Shown: positions 41,739 through 50,152 of the stretch, one piece after another | Position numbering within the stretch: the stretch's first letter is position 1 | Layout: each line of letters starts with the position of its first letter | DNA from: Gemmatimonadota bacterium | GTDB lineage: Bacteria; Gemmatimonadota; Gemmatimonadetes; Gemmatimonadales; GWC2-71-9 | Assembly (NCBI GenBank): GCA_041691295.1 | Contig: JBEPVA010000004.1 | Location: forward strand, 1-50,152 | Reading direction: 5' to 3' | Length of the DNA: 50,152 bases | Program-made: the position numbers and the translations under genes | The notes under the pieces: model-generated | Database searches by the model: none | What the model was told of the DNA's origin: nothing | The model's input: the letters and a program-made list of their open reading frames with translations, nothing else

Positions 41739-42954
41739 CCACAAAGCCGGGGAAAACACCGGCCAGGTCGGTCGCGCCGAGATGCCGGGTCAGCAGCTCG
41801 GAGAACAGGTCGCGGAAATCGGTGGTCACCGCTACGTCGCGGCCTTCGAACCGGGCCTCGGGAGCCAATCCTGGCCAGCGGCCGAGCATCCGGCCGCCGT
41901 GCACCGGGCCGCCCATCACCAGCATGGCCGTGGCGTGGCCATGGTCGGTGCCGCTGCTGCCGTTTTCCTTCACGGTGCGGCCGAACTCTGACATCGTCAG
42001 CACGATCACGTCGGCCATGCGGTCGCCGAGGTCGGTGGCAAACGCCGCCAGTGCGCCGCCAAACTCCGTGAGTCGACCCGCCAGCTGGCCATCGCCGTTG
42101 CCCTGGTTCACGTGCGTGTCCCATCCCCCCACATCGGCAAACGCGATTTCCACCCCGACATCCGCCCGGATCAACTGGGCAATCTGCTGCATCGACTTGC
42201 TGAACTTTCCCTTGGGATAGTTGGCGCCGTTGGCCGGCTGATAATGACCGGGATCGACGGAGCGCAGCATCCGCGCGGCCTCGAAGCCTTCCGCCGCCGA
42301 ACTGGCCACCAGATCAGTGGCCTGGTCCTGGTAGAGCGCCTCAAATGCCCTGGTCAGCCGGTCCCTCGCACCGCCCCCGCCGCGAATTCCGAACGCCTGC
42401 AGATCGTTGATCGCCAGCGCCGGTGACGAGCCTGAAAGAATCCGGGGCAGCTCGGGTCCGAACGCCACCGAGCGGAATGGAGTCGAAGTGTGCTCCTGCT
42501 GATGCTGGCAGTAGCGATTGAGCCAGCCATCGCTGGTCGACTTCACGCCCGGCGTCCCCGACTCCATGTAGTCCTGGGCATCGAAATGGCTGCGGGTGCT
42601 GTCGGGTGAGCCGATGGCGTGGATCGCCGCCAGGCTGCCATTGCTCCAGAGCGGCTTGAGCGCGGCGAGCGCCGGATGCAGTCCGAAATGCCCATCGAGA
42701 TCCACTACCTGATTCCTCGGGATCGCGATCCTCGGCCGCTCAGCGTAGTAGGCGTCCTCGCCGTGAGGCACCACCATGCTGAGTCCATCGACGGCGCCGC
42801 GCTGGAACAGACAGACCAGGATCGGCCCCTTGCCGCCGCGTCCGGACGGGCGGGTCATGCCCCAGGCTGCCCGGTCGAGGAAGACCGGATCGGCGCCGAA
42901 GCTGACCAGCGCGAGGGCGCCGGCCTTGACGAAGATTCTGCGTGAGATGGGCAT
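41704..42954 (-). CDS. DUF1501 family Tat-exported protein
   Basis: SRRIFVK; FQRGAVDGLS, RSHFDAQ, GGWDTH, SEFGRT..ENG..GTDHG. Confidence 0.88.
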   Translation of the reverse strand: MPISRRIFVKAGALALVSFGADPVFLDRAAWGMTRPSGRGGKGPILVCLFQRGAVDGLSMVVPHGEDAYYAERPRIAIPRNQVVDLDGHFGLHPALAALKPLWSNGSLAAIHAIGSPDSTRSHFDAQDYMESGTPGVKSTSDGWLNRYCQHQQEHTSTPFRSVAFGPELPRILSGSSPALAINDLQAFGIRGGGGARDRLTRAFEALYQDQATDLVASSAAEGFEAARMLRSVDPGHYQPANGANYPKGKFSKSMQQIAQLIRADVGVEIAFADVGGWDTHVNQGNGDGQLAGRLTEFGGALAAFATDLGDRMADVIVLTMSEFGRTVKENGSSGTDHGHATAMLVMGGPVHGGRMLGRWPGLAPEARFEGRDVAVTTDFRDLFSELLTRHLGATDLAGVFPGFVVSPSRFPGAVR

Positions 42955-42965
42955 CGATGCTCCGT

Positions 42966-44579
42966 TTATTGCCGCTGAAATTCGGGTCCGCCAAGGGCCA
43001 GGCCGATGGCGTAGGCCCGCGCGTCAGTGCCCGGTGGCGGATCTCCCGCCTCGCGGGTGATGACCTCCACCGAGTGGGCCGACAGACCGTTGGCGAAGAG
43101 GCGCGCCGAGATGGCGCTGACCAGATCGGCCGGCAGCATGACGCCCGGCGCCAGCAGGTCGAGCCTGGGCATCAGGCTGCCGAGCCGGCCCGATGCGAGC
43201 GCTGTTGCCACGTTCATCCGATCGAGCAGCGCGCCGCTGTTGGCCCATTCTCCCTGTGCCTCCGGATATCCCGCCGGTGAGGCCTGCATGAAGAGCGGCT
43301 GGCCGAGTCGTGCAACAGTCTGCGCCAGGATCGGGGCGGTGTCGGGAATGGCACCCACTGCGCGGGCAGAACTGACCACGAATTCGAGCGGAGTCTTGAA
43401 CTTGTGACCGACTCCGCTGGGAGCCCAGAAGTCCGGTGAGCGAAAGATGGCGAGCAGGATCTTGCGGATGTCCCCCTTCGACTGCTGCCACGCGCGTACC
43501 GCATCGTCGACGCAACCGTCGCTGGGCTGGTCACTCACGAACCGGGCGCACAGCTTGGCGCTCACGTGGTGCATGGTGGCGGGGTTGTCGGCCAGCATCC
43601 GAAGCAGCCGTTCCCCTTCGTCCTCTCCATGGCCGGACGGGAACCGGACGCCGAGCACCAGCTTTTCGCCGGGGTCGTGGGCCCAGTCGTGGAACTCGAA
43701 GCCGACTCCCTTTTCGGGGCGTTCCATGCTCCAGCCAGTCAGGATCTGTGCGGTATTGATGACATCCTGCTGGGTATAGCCGCCGTCAACGCCGAGGGTG
43801 TGGAGTTCGAGAATTTCCCGGGCGTAGTTCTCGTTGATGCCGGTGGGCAACTTGGCCCGCATCGAATCCACCCGGGGATTCTGAAACCGGCGCATCCGGG
43901 CCCGGGTCAGCGCCGGCGGTTCACTGCCCGGCGCCACGCTGCGGACGTTGTCGAGGTAGAAGAGCATGGCGGGGCTGTGGGCCACGGCCACCAGCAGGTC
44001 ACTGAATTTTCCCATCGCGTGCGGGCGGATCGTGGTCTCGATGTAACCCGGCAGCAGATAGCGGTCGGCGCCCTTGGTGAGCACTACGTTGAAGTGATTG
44101 GTCCAGAAGTCAATCATCACTTCCCGCAACTGGTTCTCGGCAAGGACTGCCCGGGTGGCCGCGAGCTCCTGGAACTGTTCCGCCAGCCGCCGCGGATCGT
44201 CTGGGCCGCGGGCTCCCTTCCGACGCTGGTCGTCGTCACCGGTGCCGGTGGCCATCTTCTTGGCTTCACGCCGCTGCTTTTCCATTTCGACCGCCCGCTT
44301 GGCCAGCTCCGACGGACTGATTCGCAGCAGGTCAAACTGACGCTCGGCGGCATCCAGCGCGGGCTCCGGCAGCGCGGCGCCCACCTGCGCATCGATCCAG
44401 CGGGTGACGCCGATCCGGGCCACCGAGTCGATCTCGCCAGGGCGGGGGCCGTAGGCCAGCCGGTTGAGCACATGGAGTGCGGAATCGCGCGCCGTCATCG
44501 GCGCCGGCTGCTGGGCGGCGAGCGATGAGGAACCGAAGATGAATGCAGCGGTCAGACCCAGGGGGAGTCGCATTGGCAT
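42966..44579 (-). CDS. DUF1800 family protein
   Basis: LNRLAYGP, FWTNHFNV, AMLFYLDN, NENYAREILELHTLG, PEFQ; adjacent to DUF1501; start uncertain (44573-44600). Confidence 0.88.
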   Translation of the reverse strand: MPMRLPLGLTAAFIFGSSSLAAQQPAPMTARDSALHVLNRLAYGPRPGEIDSVARIGVTRWIDAQVGAALPEPALDAAERQFDLLRISPSELAKRAVEMEKQRREAKKMATGTGDDDQRRKGARGPDDPRRLAEQFQELAATRAVLAENQLREVMIDFWTNHFNVVLTKGADRYLLPGYIETTIRPHAMGKFSDLLVAVAHSPAMLFYLDNVRSVAPGSEPPALTRARMRRFQNPRVDSMRAKLPTGINENYAREILELHTLGVDGGYTQQDVINTAQILTGWSMERPEKGVGFEFHDWAHDPGEKLVLGVRFPSGHGEDEGERLLRMLADNPATMHHVSAKLCARFVSDQPSDGCVDDAVRAWQQSKGDIRKILLAIFRSPDFWAPSGVGHKFKTPLEFVVSSARAVGAIPDTAPILAQTVARLGQPLFMQASPAGYPEAQGEWANSGALLDRMNVATALASGRLGSLMPRLDLLAPGVMLPADLVSAISARLFANGLSAHSVEVITREAGDPPPGTDARAYAIGLALGGPEFQRQ

Positions 44580-44782
44580 GCAGTGACTGTCGGTAGTCAC
44601 CCCCGTTAAGTCAAATCAGCAGCCCGAATGTCGGACAGGCAGATAGCCGAGGAGCTGCGCTGTCAGGATGGCCAGTCGCTGGCGTTTCTCGGCGGGACTC
44701 TGGCTGCGCAGAGGGCGCACGAAGCGAGGCCGCACTCAAGGGTCAGCCTGGGTTGAATCACTATATAAGGAGAGCAAGTACC

Positions 44783-45223
44783 ATGACTGTCATGCCGCGC
44801 GGTCCGGTCCAGAACGGCGACCTGTTGGGATTCCGGACCCTGAACCGGGTGTTCGATGAGGCGTTCAACCTGTCCGATCACGCCGCTCCCACCGCCTGGG
44901 TGCCGGCCACCGACATCAGCGAGAGCGCCGAGGGCGTCACGCTGTCGCTCGACCTGCCCGGCGTCGAGGCCAACGGCGTGAAGATTTCGCTGGAGAATCG
45001 GGTGCTGACGATCTGCGGTGAGAAGCAGCGCAAGAGTGCGGACAAGGGCGAAGGGGGCTACCGATTCGAGCGGGCCTTCGGATCGTTCGAGCGGACCTTC
45101 ACCCTGCCGGGCACGCTGGAGACCGACAAGGTCGAGGCCTCCTATGAGAACGGCGTGCTGTCCATTCTCCTGCCGCGGGCCGAGAAGGCCAAGGCGCGCG
45201 AGATCTCGATTACAGCGCGGTAG
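44783..45223 (+). CDS. Hsp20/alpha-crystallin small heat-shock protein
   Basis: WVPATDISE, DLPGV, ERAFGSFERTFTLP, ASYENGVLSILLP; AAGGAG RBS. Confidence 0.93.
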   Translation: MTVMPRGPVQNGDLLGFRTLNRVFDEAFNLSDHAAPTAWVPATDISESAEGVTLSLDLPGVEANGVKISLENRVLTICGEKQRKSADKGEGGYRFERAFGSFERTFTLPGTLETDKVEASYENGVLSILLPRAEKAKAREISITAR

Positions 45224-45225
45224 TA

Positions 45226-45324
45226 GGAGCGGAGAGAGGAGAGGGGAGAGCAAAGAGGGGACCGGCACTTCCTCTCTCCACTCTCCCCTCTTCGCTTTTT
45301 CCTATCGCCTCTCGTCTCTCGCCT
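45226..45324. repeat. Inverted 7-nt purine/pyrimidine repeat arrays between convergent genes
   Basis: ggagcggagagaggagaggggagag ... cctctctccactctcccctct ... cctctcgtctctcgcc. Confidence 0.6.
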
Positions 45325-45329
45325 ACAGT

Positions 45330-46781
45330 TCAATACCACCCGATCGGCGCCTCATCGAGATTGATGTAGATCTGCTTGGTCTCGAGATATTCCTCGACTC
45401 CCCAATGGCCCAGCTCCCGGCCAAAGCCCGACATCTTGTAGCCGCCCCACGGCGCTTCGAGCATGGTGGGCTGCATATGGTTGACCCAGACCACCCCCGC
45501 CTCGAGCTGCTTGACCACCCGGAAGGCCTTGAAGATATCCCGGGTCCAGACCGCAGCGGCCAGGCCGAACGGGGTGGCGTTGGCAATCTCGAGCGCCTGC
45601 GCTTCGTCCTTGAACGGTATGACGCTCATGACTGGTCCGAAGATCTCTTCCTGCGCAATCCGGGCGTTGTTGTCGACATCATAGAAGATCGTGGGTTCGA
45701 CGTACCAGCCCTTGTCGAATTTGGGCACGCCGCCGCCGGCCGCGACCTTCGCTTCCTGCTTGCCGATTTCCTGGTACTTCCGGACCCGGTCCCGCTGCTC
45801 GGCGCTGATCAGCGGGCCCATCTTGGTTTCCCGATCAATGCCGGGTCCCAGCTTGATCGTCTTGGCCTTGGCGGCACAGGCATCGACGAATTTCTGGTAG
45901 ATCTCCTGCTGCACCAGCACCCGGCTGCCGGCCGAACAGACTTCGCCCTGGTTGATGAAGGTGCCGAACAGGGCGCCATCGACGGCGGCCTCGAAGTCGG
46001 CATCGGCAAAGAAGATGTTGGGTGACTTGCCGCCGAGTTCCAGCGAGACCCGCTTGAGCTGATCGGCCGCGCTCCGCATGATGATCTTGCCGACTTCGGC
46101 GGAGCCGGTGAAGGCGATCTTGCGGACATCAGGGTGGGCCACCAGCGGAGCACCGGCGTCAGGACCCATTCCGGTGATGATGTTCACCACACCCGGCGGC
46201 AGGCCGACCGCTTCGAAGTCCTCCGCCAGCGCCAGCAGCGACAGCGGAGTCTGCTCGGCCGGCTTGATGACCACCGTGCAGCCGGCGGCGAGGGCGGGAC
46301 CGAGTTTCCAGCTGGCCATGGCCAGCGGATAGTTCCACGGGATGATCTGTCCCGCCACACCCATCGGCTCCTTGACCGCCATGACCATCGCGTTGGTCGG
46401 GACCGGAATGACCTCCCCGTTGATCTTGGTGGCCAGCCCGCCGTAGTACTCGAAGCAGACCGCCGTGTCGTCCATGTCGTACTCGGACTCGACGATCGGC
46501 TTGCCGGAGTTCAAGGTCTCGATCTTTGCCAGTTCATCCTTCCGGGCCCGGATCCGCTCGGCCAGCCGAAACAGGATCCGGCCCCGGTCCTGCGCGCTGG
46601 TCTGCTTCCAGCCGCCGTAGAACGCCCTCTTGGCGGCCTCGACCGCGCGGGCCACGTCCTTCGCGTCTCCTGCGGGGCAGGTGGCGATGACCTGCTCGGT
46701 GGCGGGATCGTAGACCGGGAAGGTCTTGAGAGACGATGCCGAGGTGAAGCGACCGTCGATATACATCTGATATTCGCGCAT
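45330..46781 (-). CDS. Aldehyde dehydrogenase (betaine/aminoaldehyde dehydrogenase-like)
   Basis: IIPWNYP, KPAEQTP, FTGS, LELGGKSP, NQGEVCSAG, EEIFGP; start moved to ATG 46781. Confidence 0.93.
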   Translation of the reverse strand: MREYQMYIDGRFTSASSLKTFPVYDPATEQVIATCPAGDAKDVARAVEAAKRAFYGGWKQTSAQDRGRILFRLAERIRARKDELAKIETLNSGKPIVESEYDMDDTAVCFEYYGGLATKINGEVIPVPTNAMVMAVKEPMGVAGQIIPWNYPLAMASWKLGPALAAGCTVVIKPAEQTPLSLLALAEDFEAVGLPPGVVNIITGMGPDAGAPLVAHPDVRKIAFTGSAEVGKIIMRSAADQLKRVSLELGGKSPNIFFADADFEAAVDGALFGTFINQGEVCSAGSRVLVQQEIYQKFVDACAAKAKTIKLGPGIDRETKMGPLISAEQRDRVRKYQEIGKQEAKVAAGGGVPKFDKGWYVEPTIFYDVDNNARIAQEEIFGPVMSVIPFKDEAQALEIANATPFGLAAAVWTRDIFKAFRVVKQLEAGVVWVNHMQPTMLEAPWGGYKMSGFGRELGHWGVEEYLETKQIYINLDEAPIGWY

Positions 46782-46790
46782 TGGCGGTTC

Positions 46791-47313
46791 GGAGTTAGGA
46801 GTTGGGAGTTCACTCGGCGGAATATTGATGTATCCGCGCGAGATTCCGGTTACCTCGAGAGACTCTCCAGGTGCATGATGGTGTGTGAGCAACTTTAGAT
46901 CTCTGCTGGTTTGGCAACGAGCCTTCGCCTTTGGGCTTCAGGTCACCCGAGCGACTGATTCCTCTCCGCGCGCTGAACGGTTTGGAATCACCGCTCAGAT
47001 CAGGCGGGCCGCCGTATCGGCGCCCTCGAACATTGCAAAAGGCTCTCGCCGGAGCGGAAATCGTGAACTGATCTACTTCCTGAATGTCGCTCGAGGATCG
47101 ATCGGCGAGCTGGAATGCCAACTCCAGTTTGCCCGAGAGCTTGGCTATCTGACTGGTGAGAGTTGGTCGGCACTGGACCGTGAGGCGCAGGAAATCAGCC
47201 GGATGCTGGCCAAATTGATCAGCTACCTGCGACAGAGTCAGAGTGGGGGCCAGCATGGCCACAAACGCACCGGTCGGCCCCCAACTCCCAACTCTAACTC
47301 CCAACTCCTAACT
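46791..47313. mobile_element. Inverted heptamer-repeat-bounded cassette carrying a four-helix-bundle gene, antisense within an operon
   Basis: Left arm ggagttaggagttgggagtt (46791-46810) is the reverse complement of the right arm aactcccaactcctaact (47296-47313); mobility is inferred. Confidence 0.6.
46885..47298 (+). CDS. Four-helix-bundle protein (23S rRNA IVP/Avd-like family); stop codon apparently lost, so the end is approximate
   Basis: FRSLLVWQRA, ERFGITAQIRRAAVSAPSNIAKG, FLNVARGSIGELECQL, LGYL; the frame stays open to 48555 antisense to the next gene. Confidence 0.85.
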
Positions 47314-48897
47314 GTCCTTCAAGATCTCCCGCGCCGCATTATACCCGCACGCCCCCATCACCCCACCGCCGGGATGGGTGGCCGCACCGCACAGGTAGAG
47401 CCCCTTTACTGGGGTGCGATAATCCGCGTAGCCCGGTACCGGCCGCATGAACGACAGGCTCGACAGCGACATGGTGCCCTGCATGATGTTGCCACCGGTC
47501 AGGCCATACCGCTTCTCGATATCCGCGGGGCTCAGGACCTCATAATTGAGCACCGACTTCCGGAAATTGGGCGCGTACTCGGTCATGATGTCGATGCACC
47601 GCTCGGCGTAGCGCTTCTTGTTCTCTTCCAGCGTGCCCGCGTCATCGGCCAGCTTGTACGGGAAGTACTGGGTGAACATCGACATTACGTGCTTGCCCTT
47701 GGGCGCCACGGTGTCGTCGAGGGACGAGGGAATCGTGGCCTCGATGATCGGGTTGTCCGAGATGTAGCCATACTTGGCCTTGTCGTAGGCCTTTTCGATG
47801 TAGTTCCGGTCGGGACAGAGGTGAATGGTGCCCCGATGCTGCGGGCCCGGCGTGTTGCCCGGCAGGCAGGTGAAGTCCGGCACTTCACTCAGCGCCAGGT
47901 TGACCTTGCAGCTGCCACTGGCATAGTCGAGATGCTGGACCGACTCGACGAAATCCGCCGGCAGATCCTTCTGGTCCATCAGCCGCAGGAAGGTCACATT
48001 GGCGTCGAGACAGGAGATGACCCGCTTGGCGCTGTACTCGGTGCCATCGGCCAGGGCCACACCGGTGGCCTTGTTGTCCTTGACCACGATGTGTTTCACC
48101 GTGGCCCCGGTCTTGATCTCGGCGCCCTTTTCCCTGGCCGCACTGGCAATCGCGTTGCTCAGCCCGCCCATCCCGCCGCGGACATAGCCCCAGACTCCAC
48201 GTACCCCGTCACACTCGCCCATGACGTGATGGAACAGCACATAGGCGGTGCCGGGCATCGAGGGAGTGGCAAAGGCGCCGATGATCGCGTCGGTGGCAAT
48301 GGTGGCCTTGAGCTGCTCCGACTCGAACCAGCGGTCCAGGATCGGGTTGGCGGCGCCGGTCAGGATCTCGATGGCCTTCTGGCCATCGGTACCCAGCTTC
48401 TTGAAGGCCAGTCCGAGCTTGAGCATGGCGATCAGATTGCCGGGCGCCATCGACCAGGGATTGGGCGGGGTCTGGATCAGGGTGGGCTCGAGGAAATCGG
48501 CCACCCGCTCCAGCATGGCTTCATACTTGGGAAGATTCTCGGCGTCCTTCTTTGAGAACTTGGCAACTTCCCGGTGGGTCATCTCCTTGTCCGGGCCCAT
48601 CAGCAGGTAGCGGCCGTCCGGAAAGGGAGTAAAGCTCGACGGGCTCCGCGGCAGCATGGCAAAGCCATGGCGCTTGAGCTCGAGGTCCCGGATGATCTCG
48701 GGCCGGAACAGGCTGTTGACGTAGCTGGCGGTGGACACCTTGAACCCCGGCCACAGCTCCTCGGTGACGGCGCAGCCGCCCACCAAGTCTCGGCGCTCGA
48801 GGACAAGGACCTTCTGACCGGCGCGGGCCAGGTAGGCAGCGGTAACCAGGCCGTTGTGGCCGGCACCGATGATGACGGAGTCGTAGGTGGTTGGCAT
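47308..48897 (-). CDS. Phytoene desaturase-family FAD oxidoreductase (PYROXD2-like)
   Basis: IGAGHNGLV.AAYLA, GGCAVTEE, GGMG, GLTGGNI, YRTPVKGLYLCGAATHPGGGVMG. Confidence 0.88.
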   Translation of the reverse strand: MPTTYDSVIIGAGHNGLVTAAYLARAGQKVLVLERRDLVGGCAVTEELWPGFKVSTASYVNSLFRPEIIRDLELKRHGFAMLPRSPSSFTPFPDGRYLLMGPDKEMTHREVAKFSKKDAENLPKYEAMLERVADFLEPTLIQTPPNPWSMAPGNLIAMLKLGLAFKKLGTDGQKAIEILTGAANPILDRWFESEQLKATIATDAIIGAFATPSMPGTAYVLFHHVMGECDGVRGVWGYVRGGMGGLSNAIASAAREKGAEIKTGATVKHIVVKDNKATGVALADGTEYSAKRVISCLDANVTFLRLMDQKDLPADFVESVQHLDYASGSCKVNLALSEVPDFTCLPGNTPGPQHRGTIHLCPDRNYIEKAYDKAKYGYISDNPIIEATIPSSLDDTVAPKGKHVMSMFTQYFPYKLADDAGTLEENKKRYAERCIDIMTEYAPNFRKSVLNYEVLSPADIEKRYGLTGGNIMQGTMSLSSLSFMRPVPGYADYRTPVKGLYLCGAATHPGGGVMGACGYNAAREILKDS

Positions 48898-48925
48898 TCG
48901 GAACTCGAAGTGAGAGACGAAAAAG

Positions 48926-49003
48926 CCGTTAATTGTGAGCTGTTAGCCGTTCGCAAGCAGTCAGTAGCCAGTAGCTAACGGCTACTCACTAACGGCTAAT
49001 GGC
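48926..49003. repeat. Inverted 7-nt repeat arrays, (gccgtta)n ... (taacggc)n
   Basis: gccgttaattgtgagctgttagccgttcgc ... gctaacggctactcactaacggctaatggc. Confidence 0.65.
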
Positions 49004-49009
49004 TGCACC

Positions 49010-49129
49010 TCACCATTCGTCCTTGTCGAGCCGGAGACCCACGCCGCCGGCGGCATCCCAGGTCACCGCGGCCGAGGTGCCGGCGGTGCGGATCAGGGAG
49101 GTGCGGCGGAGCGGGGAGCTGGAATGCAT
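49010..49129 (-). pseudogene. Possible orphan C-terminal fragment of an ABC ATPase TOBE-like domain
   Basis: MHSSSPLRRTSLIRTAGTSAAVTWDAAGGVGLRLDKDEW*; coding-like GC3; resemblance by eye only. Confidence 0.3.
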
Positions 49130-49180
49130 ACGGAGCTAAGCTAACGGCGGCGGTGATAGGCGGAAGGGGGCCTGAACTGC

Positions 49181-49272
49181 GGGAGAGGGGAGGGAGAAGA
49201 AGGGAGATGGGAATTGCATGACTGCCACGATCCTGCTCTTGCCCTCTCCTCTCCCCCTGCTTCCATCTCCCG
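49181..49272. repeat. Inverted 7-nt purine/pyrimidine repeat arrays at a gene end
   Basis: gggagaggggagggagaagaagggagatggga ... ccctctcctctcccctgcttccatctcccg. Confidence 0.6.
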
Positions 49273-50112
49273 TCACCGGTCTTCTCGCATGAGCCGCGCC
49301 CACGCCACGATGATTATCACCGACAGCGCGAAGATCACGGTGGCCGCCGCATTGACCTCCGGGGTAATCCCTCGGCGCAGCATTCCCCAGATCTGCAGCG
49401 GAATGGTGTTCTGCCGTCCGATCAGGAAAAAAGTCACGGCGATTTCGTCGAGGCTCAGGGTCAGCACCAGCAGCGCGGAGCCGAGGACGGCGGAGCGGAT
49501 GTTGGGGAGGGTGACCAGCCAGAAGGTCTGCCACTCGTTGGCGAACAGATCCTGGCTGGCCTCCTCCTGGGCCCGATCGAACCGCCGCAACCGGGCGTAG
49601 ACCTGGGTGACCACGATCGAGGTCAGCGCCGCGCCATGGCCCAGCACCACCGGCCAGCCGGGAATCACCGGGAAGCCGCTCGACAGGCTGAGCCCGATGA
49701 ACGAGAAGAAGGTCAGCATCGCCACGCCGGTGATGATTCCCGGCAGGATCAGCGGCAGCAGCACCAGCCGTTCGAAGATGGTCTTGCCGGGAAAGTCGAA
49801 CCGGTCGAGCACGAAGGCGCCGGGGACTCCGACACCCAGTGCCAGGAGCGTGGCCATCAGGGCGAGCTTGAGACTGGCCAGCGCGGCATCGAGCAAGCCC
49901 CGGTCGTGTGCCAGTGCCACGAACCACTTGAGGGTCCACCCCTTGAACGGCCAGGCCACGATGCTGGGCTCGTGAAAGGCGTACAGCACCACGACGAGGA
50001 GCGGGAGGTAGATGAAGAGGAAGACTGCGGCGCCAGTGATTCGGAGTGCCACCGTAAGATTGTCTCGTGGCGCCGGGGGGCGGGGGGGCAGGGGGGCAGG
50101 AGCGTCGATCAT
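49273..50112 (-). CDS. ABC transporter permease, PotC-like (spermidine/putrescine family)
   Basis: FIYLPLLVVVLYAF, GWTLKWF, EEASQDL, VTLPNI, LSLDE, ITPEVNA. Confidence 0.88.
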   Translation of the reverse strand: MIDAPAPLPPRPPAPRDNLTVALRITGAAVFLFIYLPLLVVVLYAFHEPSIVAWPFKGWTLKWFVALAHDRGLLDAALASLKLALMATLLALGVGVPGAFVLDRFDFPGKTIFERLVLLPLILPGIITGVAMLTFFSFIGLSLSSGFPVIPGWPVVLGHGAALTSIVVTQVYARLRRFDRAQEEASQDLFANEWQTFWLVTLPNIRSAVLGSALLVLTLSLDEIAVTFFLIGRQNTIPLQIWGMLRRGITPEVNAAATVIFALSVIIIVAWARLMREDR

Positions 50113-50152
50113 TTTCGGAGACCTGGTGTGCCACCTGGCATTCCGACAGTCT

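Noticed and set aside
44690-44760. CIRCE/HrcA operator upstream of hsp20
   Set aside because: Only a partial gcactc half-site; no matching second half at 9-nt spacing.
47299-48555. Long C-terminal extension of the four-helix-bundle ORF
   Set aside because: Antisense read-through of the oxidoreductase after loss of the stop; not a credible domain.

Overview
GC-rich bacterial chromosomal segment; the gene content resembles Gemmatimonadota, but that is inference and cannot be verified here. Core genes: partial ahcY with an ArsR-methyltransferase (SahR-type) regulator, efp, a TPP riboswitch with thiC, three hybrid histidine kinases, a HEAT/HD-GYP pair, DUF1800-DUF1501, hsp20, and the end of a probable polyamine ABC/oxidoreductase/aldehyde dehydrogenase operon. 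An accessory block (5.9-18.2 kb) encodes an ECF sigma factor, a zf-HC2 membrane anti-sigma factor, an exported TPR-CHAT protein whose catalytic His appears replaced by Leu, and a run of modular Ig/Kelch lipoproteins. Two patterns stand out that gene calls do not explain. (1) The 3' tail of an upstream gene, with its stop codon, reappears downstream of an intervening cassette five times (DUF5916, CHAT, Kelch, beta-helix and histidine kinase tails), once as an intact 55-aa lipoprotein-signal/CHAT-tail chimeric ORF. (2) Inverted arrays of 7-8-nt tandem repeats with different unit sequences sit at gene ends; one pair brackets an antisense four-helix-bundle (23S IVP/Avd-like) gene and one lies in frame inside thiC. 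No rRNA, tRNA, CRISPR array, transposase or integrase was recognised.
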